26,338 nucleotides of DNA from a virus (IMGVR_UViG_3300028581_002452:1-26338); one strand, 5' to 3'. Shown: positions 6,565-14,341, counted from the stretch's first letter. The notes: a model not told the origin generated them from the sequence alone. Numbers and translations: made by a program.

Positions 6565-8577
6565 ATGAAATGGATCACTCATTGGACCACTGTGTTCGTC
6601 ACGGTGTTTGTGCTGACTTTGATGGGACTGCAAGATCCTTACATCAAAGAAACTTTGAGATTGAAATCATTTGACATACTTCAAATCAATCAAGATCGCA
6701 CCACGTCCAATGAAATCGTGATCATCAACATTGATGAGAAAAGCATGGAGCAGTATGGACAATGGCCATGGAAACGCTCAGTGATGGCAGACATTGTTGA
6801 GCGTGTGCGAGCCAACGAGGGTGGCGTGATCGTGTTTCCTATATTGTTCAGTGAACAGGACCGCCTGGGTGGCGACGAAGCGTTCGCAGCAGCCATACAG
6901 GACAATGGAGTGGTGTTGGCACAGGTGGGCACGGCACAGTCGCAAAAGAACAATGCAGTGCCAAGAGGAGTGGCCAAGATAGGAGATCCCCTGCCGTGGT
7001 TGTTTGAATGGCCTGGCATGTTGGGTCCTATCGAAAGTTTATCCACAGCGGCCGGGGGAGTGGGTGTGTTGAACACAGCGCCAGAAATCGATGGTGTCAC
7101 AAGAAGAATTCCGTTATTAATGAAGATCGGAGAAGAGATCTATCCTGCCTTGGCATTGGAAACCATCAGAGTGGCCACAGGAGATCCCAGCTATCAAGTG
7201 AAAACACAGGCAGGTGGCATCACGGCACTGAGGGTGCCCCAATACAAGACCATACAGACAGATGCTCATGGCAGGATATGGATCAGATGGGCCTACGATT
7301 TCAAAAGCATCAGCGCCGCTGATGCGGATTTTTCAGCAGTGAAAGGCAAGACCGTGATCATTGGCACATCGGCCGAGGGCATAGGCAGCACCATGGCCAC
7401 ACCCACAGGCACCCAATACAGTTACATGGCCGTGGCCAGTTCTCTACAGACTGTGCTGATGGGTGACAACATTGTGAGATATGACTTTGCTAATTTCGTA
7501 GAGCTGTTGATCAGCACAGTGACAGCAATAGCCGTGGTGATTCTCGCAAGATTTGCTGCCTATTGGATCGTGGGAATGGGCATGATTGCATTATATGTGG
7601 CAGCATTGTACTTTGCCAATTATTTTTTCCACAGCAGATTACAATTATGGGACGTGAGTTGGTTCATCATCACTCTGACCATAGTGGGCATGCATGCCAT
7701 ATTCAATCGCTTCGTGAGAGAGTTCACCCTCAAGCAACAGATCAAGAAACAATTTGGCACCTATCTATCTCCTGCCATGGTGGAACGATTGCAGAGCAAC
7801 CCAGAACTGCTGCGACTGGGCGGCGAGACCCGAGAGCTCACAATCATGTTCACGGACGTGAGGGGCTTCACTGCCATAAGTGAACACTATGGAGCCGATG
7901 TGCAGGGGCTCACTGCCATAATGAATCGCTACATGACCGCCATGACCAAGAGCATATTGAACAACGGTGGCACACTGGACAAGTATATCGGGGACGCACA
8001 GATGGCTTTTTGGAACGCTCCCTTGAATGATGCCATGCACGCACACAACGCAGTGAGGACCGCGATGGAGATGTTGGTCAATCTCAAGCAATTCAACGAG
8101 GAGATAGCCAAGGAAGGCGTGCCAGCGTTCGGCATGGGGCTGGGCATCAACACTGGATCAGTGGTTGTGGGCAACATGGGGTCAGATCAACGCTTTGATT
8201 ACACCTGTCTCGGTGATGCTGTCAACCTGGCTTCACGACTGGAGGGACAGAGCAAGCCCTACGGAGTGGATCTGGTGCTGGGACCACGCACTGCGTACAT
8301 GGTCAAGGACATACATGCAGTGACCGAACTGGACTGCATCGCCGTCAAGGGCAAGCAGGAGGGCGTAAAAATATACACTGTAGGTTGTGAGACAGGAGAA
8401 CACAAACAGTTTTTGAAATTCTACTATGCCGGAGAGTGGAAAAATGCCCTTATTTTGCTGGAGAATTTGAAAGAAAAAAATCCTCAGCTGAAAAAATACT
8501 ACTACATGATGACAGATCGATTGTCAGAGGCAGTGCCAGCGGACTGGTCAGGTATCTATCGCGCCACTTCAAAATAG
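6565..8577 (+). CDS. CHASE2-domain class III adenylate/guanylate cyclase (670 aa), membrane-anchored
   Basis: N-terminal TM; CHASE2 motifs IVIINIDEKS..YGQWPW.R and DGVTRRIPL; three TM helices; cyclase motifs FTDVRGFT, DKYIGDAQMAFW, GINTG..VVGNMGS..RFDYTCLGDAVNLASRLE. The Lys in DKYIGD suggests ATP as substrate. Start re-set to ATG 6565. Confidence 0.92.
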   Translation: MKWITHWTTVFVTVFVLTLMGLQDPYIKETLRLKSFDILQINQDRTTSNEIVIINIDEKSMEQYGQWPWKRSVMADIVERVRANEGGVIVFPILFSEQDRLGGDEAFAAAIQDNGVVLAQVGTAQSQKNNAVPRGVAKIGDPLPWLFEWPGMLGPIESLSTAAGGVGVLNTAPEIDGVTRRIPLLMKIGEEIYPALALETIRVATGDPSYQVKTQAGGITALRVPQYKTIQTDAHGRIWIRWAYDFKSISAADADFSAVKGKTVIIGTSAEGIGSTMATPTGTQYSYMAVASSLQTVLMGDNIVRYDFANFVELLISTVTAIAVVILARFAAYWIVGMGMIALYVAALYFANYFFHSRLQLWDVSWFIITLTIVGMHAIFNRFVREFTLKQQIKKQFGTYLSPAMVERLQSNPELLRLGGETRELTIMFTDVRGFTAISEHYGADVQGLTAIMNRYMTAMTKSILNNGGTLDKYIGDAQMAFWNAPLNDAMHAHNAVRTAMEMLVNLKQFNEEIAKEGVPAFGMGLGINTGSVVVGNMGSDQRFDYTCLGDAVNLASRLEGQSKPYGVDLVLGPRTAYMVKDIHAVTELDCIAVKGKQEGVKIYTVGCETGEHKQFLKFYYAGEWKNALILLENLKEKNPQLKKYYYMMTDRLSEAVPADWSGIYRATSK

Positions 8578-8619
8578 TTTTTTATTCACAAAAAATTTTT
8601 TATAAAAAGAAGATTCTAA

Positions 8620-8677
8620 TTGACAGATTTTAAAAGATATTGTTAAATAGCCTATACGTTAACAATGTCACAGGAGA
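8620..8677 (+). promoter_or_regulatory. Promoter region of speD-like gene: TTGACA, TAAATA box, 11-bp inverted repeat and SD
   Basis: TTGACA 8620-8625; TAAATA 8644-8649; inverted repeat 8636-8646/8659-8669; AGGAGA 8672-8677. Confidence 0.55.
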
Positions 8678-8687
8678 CAAATAAAAG

Positions 8688-9122
8688 ATGACCACACTTG
8701 TTCACAAGCACTTGATAGTGCGAGCTGAAGTAAGCGACCCACCCAAAGATGAGACACTAGCAAAACAATCACTAACACAACTGATAGAGGCAATCAACAT
8801 GAAGACGCTGTTTGGCCCAGAGGCCAGATATGTGGACGTGCCTGGCAACCGGGGACTGACCTGCTTCGCCATCATCGAGACATCGCACATAGTGATGCAC
8901 ACCTGGGACGAGGGCAATCCGGCCATGATACAGCTGGACGTTTACACCTGTGGAGCACTGGACACCGACGTGGTTTTCGACTTCATGCGGCGTTTTGGCG
9001 TGATCAAGATGGACTACAAGTTCCTGGATCGCGAGACCGACCTCAAGGAAATACCCCTGACGGGAGCAGTTGTGCCCATGCGCAAGCGACGCATCCGCAA
9101 GGCCTTACAGGTGCTGGCCTAG
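8688..9122 (+). CDS. speD: Pyruvoyl-dependent S-adenosylmethionine decarboxylase (SpeD class 1B) family proenzyme
   Basis: HKHLIV...GLTCFAIIETSHIVMHTWDE..IQLDVYTCG matches the ESHxxxHTWPE...DxxTCG family motif; strong SD. Confidence 0.82.
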   Translation: MTTLVHKHLIVRAEVSDPPKDETLAKQSLTQLIEAINMKTLFGPEARYVDVPGNRGLTCFAIIETSHIVMHTWDEGNPAMIQLDVYTCGALDTDVVFDFMRRFGVIKMDYKFLDRETDLKEIPLTGAVVPMRKRRIRKALQVLA

Positions 9123-9127
9123 ACACA

Positions 9128-9133
9128 TAAATA
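9128..9133 (+). promoter_or_regulatory. T4-like late promoter (TAAATA)
   Basis: caTAAATA lies 10 nt before ATG 9144. Confidence 0.55.
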
Positions 9134-9143
9134 CAGTCCTATT

Positions 9144-9422
9144 ATGGACTTCTTGAAACTGACATTGGACGTGGGATTTCCCATAGCTGCGGCGATAGCC
9201 TGTGGATTCTTCGTGTTCCTCACTTTAAAATTCATCCTGGCTTCCGTGACGTCCGACGTGAAAAAATTAAGTGGCATAATCGAGTCCCTGGACAACAGGG
9301 TCAAGACCATGAATGCTGACGTGATCAGGATCGACACCTTGGTCAGCGCCACGCTCAACATCAGGCCGGACCTGGACAGGATCGGCAGGGCGGACGGCAA
9401 GACCGACGCCAGAAAAGATTAG
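9144..9422 (+). CDS. Small single-pass membrane protein (holin-like), paralog 1
   Basis: GFPIAAAIACGFFVFLTL TM segment followed by a coiled-coil-like tail. Confidence 0.65.
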   Translation: MDFLKLTLDVGFPIAAAIACGFFVFLTLKFILASVTSDVKKLSGIIESLDNRVKTMNADVIRIDTLVSATLNIRPDLDRIGRADGKTDARKD

Positions 9423-9423
9423 C

Positions 9424-9684
9424 ATGACCAAAGATCTCATACAGATGATCAACACCTATGGCTTCCCCATTATAGCCGCGGGAGGACTTGGCTACTTCAT
9501 ATTCTATGTTTGGAAGTGGGTGACCATGGAGATCAAGCCCGTGACCAGCGAGACCAGCAAGACGCTTATAGCACTGGTGGACAGGATCAGGATGCTGGAC
9601 AATGACCTCATCAGGCTCAACACCAAGCTCAACGTGATCCTGGAGCACCAGGAAGAGCAACAGAAGAAAAATAAAAATCAATAA
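9424..9684 (+). CDS. Small single-pass membrane protein (holin-like), paralog 2
   Basis: GFPIIAAGGLGYFIFYVW TM segment; LVDRIRMLDNDLIRLNT aligns with LDNRVKTMNADVIRIDT of the upstream gene. Confidence 0.65.
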   Translation: MTKDLIQMINTYGFPIIAAGGLGYFIFYVWKWVTMEIKPVTSETSKTLIALVDRIRMLDNDLIRLNTKLNVILEHQEEQQKKNKNQ

Positions 9685-9711
9685 ACGTTTTTTTTAGATA
9701 TCGACGTGGGA

Positions 9712-10488
9712 TCACTCATGCGGCACCTCCACATGGGATTCATGATCAATCTCTTTCCAGTGTATCAATTCAAATCTGCCATCCATGTGTTCCACCAGGG
9801 CAGTGCAGCTCTCCACCCAATCACCGCAGTTCATGTACAGCACCTCATTGATCGCCTTGATCTCCGGAGTGTGTATGTGTCCACAGATCACTCCCGCATA
9901 GCCCTGCCGGTGGCATAGTTGGGCAAGATTTTTTTCAAATTCAAATATGAAGCTCACCGCCCGTTTGACGTTGTGTTTGAGGAACTTGCTCATGCTCCAA
10001 TAGTCCATGCCCAGCAACTTCCTGGTGTGATTGAAGATGTTGTTGATCCACAGAGCCAATTGGTAGGCAGAGTCGCCCAGCCATGCCAGCCAGGGTGCCA
10101 TCACTGTGATGCCGTCGAACAGGTCTCCGTGCGTGACCAGCAGCAGTCGACCATCCACGGTCTCATGCACATGCTCGTTCATGATCCTGATGCGGCCGAA
10201 CTTGAGCCCGAAACCCAACCAGTTGCGCAGTATCTCGTCATGGTTGCCCAGGATGTAGTAAACCCGCGTGCCGCGCTTGGCCTTGGTCAGTATCCTGCGT
10301 ATCACGTTGCTGTGGCTCTGCGGCCAGTAAACCTTCTTGGCAATCTGCCATGCGTCCACGATGTCGCCCACCAGATACAGCCGCTCGCAGTCATTCTGTT
10401 TTAGGAATTGGCACAGGTAATCCGCCTTGCACTCTCGTGTGCCCAGATGCACGTCGCTGATGAATATGGATCTGTATTTCTGGTTCAT
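9712..10488 (-). CDS. Metallophosphoesterase, PlcP phospholipase C / LpxH-like family
   Basis: FISDVHLG, LVGDIVDAW, YWPQSH, GNHDE, HGDLFD, ICGHIH and MNCGDWVESCTALVE motifs. Start is ATG 10488 (or GTG 10494), with a minus-strand TAAATA at 10503-10498. Confidence 0.85.
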   Translation of the reverse strand: MNQKYRSIFISDVHLGTRECKADYLCQFLKQNDCERLYLVGDIVDAWQIAKKVYWPQSHSNVIRRILTKAKRGTRVYYILGNHDEILRNWLGFGLKFGRIRIMNEHVHETVDGRLLLVTHGDLFDGITVMAPWLAWLGDSAYQLALWINNIFNHTRKLLGMDYWSMSKFLKHNVKRAVSFIFEFEKNLAQLCHRQGYAGVICGHIHTPEIKAINEVLYMNCGDWVESCTALVEHMDGRFELIHWKEIDHESHVEVPHE

Positions 10489-10581
10489 TGGCACTGCTAT
10501 TTAATCATTGTCGCGTGACCATGCCAGCAGATAGAATAAACACAGCAGATTAGTGCCGGATGATAGACATTAAGTATCTGT

Positions 10582-10836
10582 ATGAACTATTTCCTCGTGG
10601 TCGTGATATGCATCTGGGGTGACTGCAACAGCTTCGTCACCACCGAGCCCACGTTCAAGACCAGGGAAGCCTGCGTGGAATATTCACGTACGGTGACCAG
10701 CAGGATACAGAAGCAATTACCAGACAGCTCGGGCAGCACATATTGCCTCAATGACGAGGAGCTGAAGGAAATCACAGAGCAGATGCTGCTGGAAGAACAC
10801 CAGCAATACATGGACCAAGATTCCCAAGACATCTAG
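10582..10836 (+). CDS. Small hypothetical protein, hydrophobic N-terminus, four Cys
   Basis: 84-aa ORF MNYFLVVVICIWGDC...C...YC, preceded by a TAAGTA box. Confidence 0.55.
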   Translation: MNYFLVVVICIWGDCNSFVTTEPTFKTREACVEYSRTVTSRIQKQLPDSSGSTYCLNDEELKEITEQMLLEEHQQYMDQDSQDI

Positions 10837-10864
10837 TTGACAGAACAGGCACACGTGTTATAAT
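10837..10864 (+). promoter_or_regulatory. Sigma70-type promoter, likely leaderless transcript
   Basis: TTGACA-16 nt-TATAAT with extended TG; ATG follows 5 nt after the -10 box. Confidence 0.8.
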
Positions 10865-10869
10865 ACAGC

Positions 10870-11400
10870 ATGATCCACGGCATGATAGATCTGGAAACGC
10901 TCAGCACTCGGCCCGACGCCGTGGTGTTGACCCTGGGCGGCATCAAGTTTGACGCCCACACAGACAAAGAACCCCATGATCCCTTGTATTTCAGGGTGGA
11001 TGTGGATGCCCAAACAGCCCTGGGACGTCATGTGATGGATGACACGTTAAATTGGTGGGCCACGCAGCCCAAAGAGATTGCGGAGGACGCACTGGGCGAA
11101 GGTGATAGGATATCGCTGGCGGAGTTCACACAGAAATTAAACAAGTGGTGCGTGGGCATAGACGTGTTCTGGTGCCAGGGACCACTGTTCGACTATGCCA
11201 TACTGCAGAATCTTTATGCACAACTCAACAAGCCCTGTCCATGGAACTACTGGCAGATCAGAGACAGCAGGACACTTTTTAGTTTATACAAAGAAAATGA
11301 GACCAGCAAGCCGGACGCACACAATGCGCTCGCTGATTGTGATTACCAGGCAAAAAAAGTCCAACGATATTACCGCACACTAAATTTAAAATCTTTTTAA
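10870..11400 (+). CDS. DEDDh 3'-5' exonuclease (Rv2179c-like / phage exonuclease family)
   Basis: MIDLETLST, TLNWWATQ, WCQGPLFDYAIL, PWNYWQIRDSRTL and HNALADC motifs. Confidence 0.85.
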   Translation: MIHGMIDLETLSTRPDAVVLTLGGIKFDAHTDKEPHDPLYFRVDVDAQTALGRHVMDDTLNWWATQPKEIAEDALGEGDRISLAEFTQKLNKWCVGIDVFWCQGPLFDYAILQNLYAQLNKPCPWNYWQIRDSRTLFSLYKENETSKPDAHNALADCDYQAKKVQRYYRTLNLKSF

Positions 11401-11408
11401 TTTAGATA

Positions 11409-11437
11409 TTGATTATGCAGTGGGCTCATGCTAATAT
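11409..11437 (+). promoter_or_regulatory. Sigma70-type promoter
   Basis: TTGATT-17 nt-TAATAT with extended TG; ATG 6 nt downstream. Confidence 0.5.
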
Positions 11438-11443
11438 AGTGGC

Positions 11444-11803
11444 ATGAAGACGAAATGGCATGATATAGAAAAATTCTATAATTTCGACAATCTACAGATC
11501 ACCCACAAGAAGAAAAGCGAGTTCGTCAAGCTGCCCTGTGTGTATAAACTACGCATTGATAATAAAGTGGTGCACGTGGGTCGATCTGACACCTGCAAGA
11601 AACATGGCGGAGCTGAAAAAGTGAGGAAGGCCCTGGTACAACTGCTGCACCTATATGAGCATAACAAATCAGTGGAACCAACCAGCTATTGGGAACACAT
11701 CAGGCAGGAATATCATCCCAGTCCCGTTAATATTGAAATTGGCATAATTGAAACAGATGACATCGAAAACGTTTATAGCAAAGAATCTAAGAGAGCCAAT
11801 TAG
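11444..11803 (+). CDS. Hypothetical protein with GIY-YIG-like motif
   Basis: PCVYKLRIDNKVVHVGRS resembles GIY-x(9-11)-YIG. Confidence 0.45.
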   Translation: MKTKWHDIEKFYNFDNLQITHKKKSEFVKLPCVYKLRIDNKVVHVGRSDTCKKHGGAEKVRKALVQLLHLYEHNKSVEPTSYWEHIRQEYHPSPVNIEIGIIETDDIENVYSKESKRAN

Positions 11804-12161
11804 CTGCTACGAAGAGAGCACGTGGCACGCCAACGGCCTGCCCAAATGGGAGAATGACACATATTCTGTGTGGGATGATCTATTTCCCGTCACGCCCGGA
11901 CATCTGCTGTGGATACCCAAAAAGAACATAGTGGGACATGTGAGGGTGACCTATGGAGCAGCATACGAATATGGACAGGATCAGATCGAGTCAGGCAAGT
12001 GGGCAGGATTTAACATAGGACAGAACATGGGCATGGCGGCAGGGCAAAGCGTGATGTGGCCGCACATACATCTCATACCCCGACACCAGGGTGATTGCCC
12101 TCCCGGACTCAACGGCATCAGGCGTAGTCATCCCAACGGAGATCACAAAGAATATTATTAG
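11757..12161 (+). CDS. HIT (histidine triad) family nucleotide hydrolase
   Basis: DLFPVTPGHLLWIPK, GFNIGQNMGMAAGQSVMWPHIHLIPR; start uncertain (11748 or 11757). Confidence 0.85.
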   Translation: MTSKTFIAKNLREPISCYEESTWHANGLPKWENDTYSVWDDLFPVTPGHLLWIPKKNIVGHVRVTYGAAYEYGQDQIESGKWAGFNIGQNMGMAAGQSVMWPHIHLIPRHQGDCPPGLNGIRRSHPNGDHKEYY

Positions 12162-12162
12162 A

Positions 12163-12330
12163 ATGGCCAAACGACAACCATTAACCAATTCAGAATGGAA
12201 TCTGTTGCGAGCTCTGGAGGAAGAAGTATATACTGTAACAAATGAACAAAAAAATTGGCCCACAAAAACATGGTTAAAAAAAAGAATAAAAGAACTAAAG
12301 GCACGTGCAGGGGAGGACCCATCTTCGTAA
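12163..12330 (+). CDS. Small hypothetical protein (55 aa)
   Basis: ATG 1 nt after the HIT stop; amphipathic helical sequence; overlaps the next ORF. Confidence 0.45.
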   Translation: MAKRQPLTNSEWNLLRALEEEVYTVTNEQKNWPTKTWLKKRIKELKARAGEDPSS

Positions 12331-12557
12331 GCCCGGACGGTGGCGAGACCGTGTACGAGCAGAAGCGTGGTGGGGGATGGGGTCGATGTGTTCACAAGAG
12401 CGAGCAAGCCAAATTAATGGATCAAGCCCAGGCCGAGATGGACATGATGGGCACAGAAGCCATACGCATGAGACGGAAATATCCAGCACTGCAAAAAGCA
12501 TGGGATCAGTATAAATTACTATGGAATGTGATAGTGCATGAAGAATATGACTATTAA
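12270..12557 (+). CDS. Hypothetical phage protein
   Basis: IFVSPDGGETVY motif and YPALQKAWDQYKL tail resemble small T4-like phage proteins; start uncertain. Confidence 0.6.
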   Translation: MVKKKNKRTKGTCRGGPIFVSPDGGETVYEQKRGGGWGRCVHKSEQAKLMDQAQAEMDMMGTEAIRMRRKYPALQKAWDQYKLLWNVIVHEEYDY

Positions 12558-12696
12558 GAAAAAACAATCACAGGAAGAACTGATTGTGTTGGAATTGGAA
12601 GATGAAGAGGATGCGGAAGACCTATCTTGGATGATACAGGAAGATAAGGACACAGTGATAAAAACAGATAACAAGAAAAGAAAACGTCGAAAATGA
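12547..12696 (+). CDS. Small charged protein (49 aa), absent from the ORF track
   Basis: MTIKKKQSQEELIVLELEDEEDAEDLSWMIQEDKDTVIKTDNKKRKRRK; fills the gap and its stop forms an ATGA overlap with the 12693 start. Confidence 0.55.
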   Translation: MTIKKKQSQEELIVLELEDEEDAEDLSWMIQEDKDTVIKTDNKKRKRRK

Positions 12697-13313
12697 GTGT
12701 TGTAAAATATTTTGTATTGCCAGACAATCCAGATGTGCTGGGTGGCAACGTGGCAGAGCCCTGGGGCTTTGCGGACGCACTGATCAATCCAGGCAAGGAT
12801 GCAGCTCTGAGGGAGTTTTGCGACAAGAACCAAGTGGACTATGGGCACCAATGCTCCAAGCTCAACACTTTCGTTTTCAACAGCGTTGCCTACTACTGCT
12901 CCGCAAAGACAGCACAGGCAGTGGAAAAGAAATTCAAGATCGGTTCAGTCATCACAGACAGAGAACAGCACAAAGAAATCAAAGAAAAAGAAAAAGAAAT
13001 CAAACAGGAGATGCGCAGCGACGAATGGCTGGCGGACAAGGTAATCACCGACTGCGGCGAGCTGGTGAACAATGGATTCAAGAGGTACAAGTTCGTGCAG
13101 GAGGTGCGTGACAGGAATCCAGAGATAGCGCACACACGCATGACACGTCAGATACAGCAGATGTTCGAGGGCGGCATGCTGGCGGCAAATGACCGGGGAG
13201 TCATAGTGGCCGGAGACAAATTTCCCAAAGACAAGATGGCAGCCAAGAAGATGGTGGAAGTGAAGGACCTATATGGCCGAGTGAGGACACGTGCGGAAGA
13301 TACCACCACTTAG
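12693..13313 (+). CDS. Hypothetical protein
   Basis: 206-aa ORF in operon context; no family recognised. Confidence 0.65.
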   Translation: MSVVKYFVLPDNPDVLGGNVAEPWGFADALINPGKDAALREFCDKNQVDYGHQCSKLNTFVFNSVAYYCSAKTAQAVEKKFKIGSVITDREQHKEIKEKEKEIKQEMRSDEWLADKVITDCGELVNNGFKRYKFVQEVRDRNPEIAHTRMTRQIQQMFEGGMLAANDRGVIVAGDKFPKDKMAAKKMVEVKDLYGRVRTRAEDTTT

Positions 13314-13704
13314 AGAGGACCTCATGGTCCAGCAGCAGATCAAGGGAGCATGGCAGCACATGGTGGCCGTGATCTGCCTCAACCAAACATATAGGAAGCA
13401 GGTCAAGGAGATACTGCCGCAGTTGTTCCACATATGGCCCACTCCGGAAAAGATGGCCCGGGCACCGTTAAATAGACTGCAGCGATTGATCAAGCCCTTG
13501 GGCATGTGGCGTGTGAGGAGCAGGAGGATAAAACAAATGAGCCGAGAATTCTTAAATTGGAACGGTGAAGATGCCGCAGAGCTGCATGGCATAGGCAGAT
13601 ATGGCTCGGACAGCTATAAGATATTTTTTAAAAAGCAATACAACATCAGGGTCACGGACAAAGAACTAAAGAAGTATCTCAAACAAAAAAAGGAAGCGGC
13701 ATGA
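13291..13704 (+). CDS. HhH-GPD DNA glycosylase, MBD4-like minimal domain
   Basis: WQHMVAVICLNQT, IKPLGMWRVR and ELHGIGRYGSDSYKIF match the MBD4 catalytic domain pattern (LHGIGKYGNDSYRIF). Confidence 0.8.
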   Translation: MRKIPPLREDLMVQQQIKGAWQHMVAVICLNQTYRKQVKEILPQLFHIWPTPEKMARAPLNRLQRLIKPLGMWRVRSRRIKQMSREFLNWNGEDAAELHGIGRYGSDSYKIFFKKQYNIRVTDKELKKYLKQKKEAA

Positions 13705-14330
13705 CCAAGTTCGTTTCGATCATAGGCAATGGCGAGAGCCGCTTTGGATTTGATCTCGTCCCATTGAAGAAATTCAGCACAGTGGTTGGTTGCAACGCAC
13801 AATTCAGAGACTATAACTTTGATTACTTCGTGTGCGCTGATCGCCACATGTGCCAAGAGGCTGCCAACACAGTGGGCAAGCAAGTGACCATATACACTCG
13901 ACAGCGATGGCATGCAGAATTTGCCATGTGGCCCAACGTCAAGCCACTGCCGGACCTACCCTACGAGGGAGAAGAGAGGCAGGACGAGCCGTTCCATTGG
14001 GGCACAGGCCCCTATGCGGGTGTGGTAGCTCTCACGTTCAAACCCAAGGCCATATTCATGCTGGGATTTGATCTACATCCTACGAAAAAAGACACAGTGA
14101 ACAACATCTACAAAGATACCAAAGGTTATGAGTATATCAAACGTCCCGTGGATCCCTCTTACTGGGTACACCAGTTCGAGAAACTGATGGCACTAGATAA
14201 CTGTCGTTGGATCGTGGTCAACCGAGAGGGTTGGAGCCTGCCCACGGAATGGAGCCAGCACAAGAATGTTTTCCCGGAGACCTATGAGGGCATGGCCAAA
14301 TACATCAACGAGAAGACCGCGGTTAAATAG
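13701..14330 (+). CDS. Hypothetical protein, possible Maf/sialyltransferase-like glycosyltransferase fold
   Basis: IIGNGESR, VGCNA...DYFVCAD, GTG and IFMLGFD motifs; ATGA overlap with the upstream gene. Confidence 0.55.
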   Translation: MTKFVSIIGNGESRFGFDLVPLKKFSTVVGCNAQFRDYNFDYFVCADRHMCQEAANTVGKQVTIYTRQRWHAEFAMWPNVKPLPDLPYEGEERQDEPFHWGTGPYAGVVALTFKPKAIFMLGFDLHPTKKDTVNNIYKDTKGYEYIKRPVDPSYWVHQFEKLMALDNCRWIVVNREGWSLPTEWSQHKNVFPETYEGMAKYINEKTAVK

Positions 14331-14341
14331 CACTATAATAT

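Noticed and set aside
5451-6578. 375-aa minus-strand ORF, and similar ones at 4148-4783, 17600-18292 and 18453-19124
   Set aside because: Antisense shadows of well-supported plus-strand genes; biased codon usage keeps the opposite frame open and there are no recognisable motifs.
8578-8610. A/T-run inverted repeat after the cyclase as an intrinsic terminator
   Set aside because: The stem is all A-T with no GC core or following U-tract; it is more likely an AT-rich element upstream of the TTGACA box.
11444-11803. GIY-YIG homing endonuclease or mobile intron
   Set aside because: Degenerate motif, short protein with no DNA-binding tail, and no interrupted host gene or intron structure.
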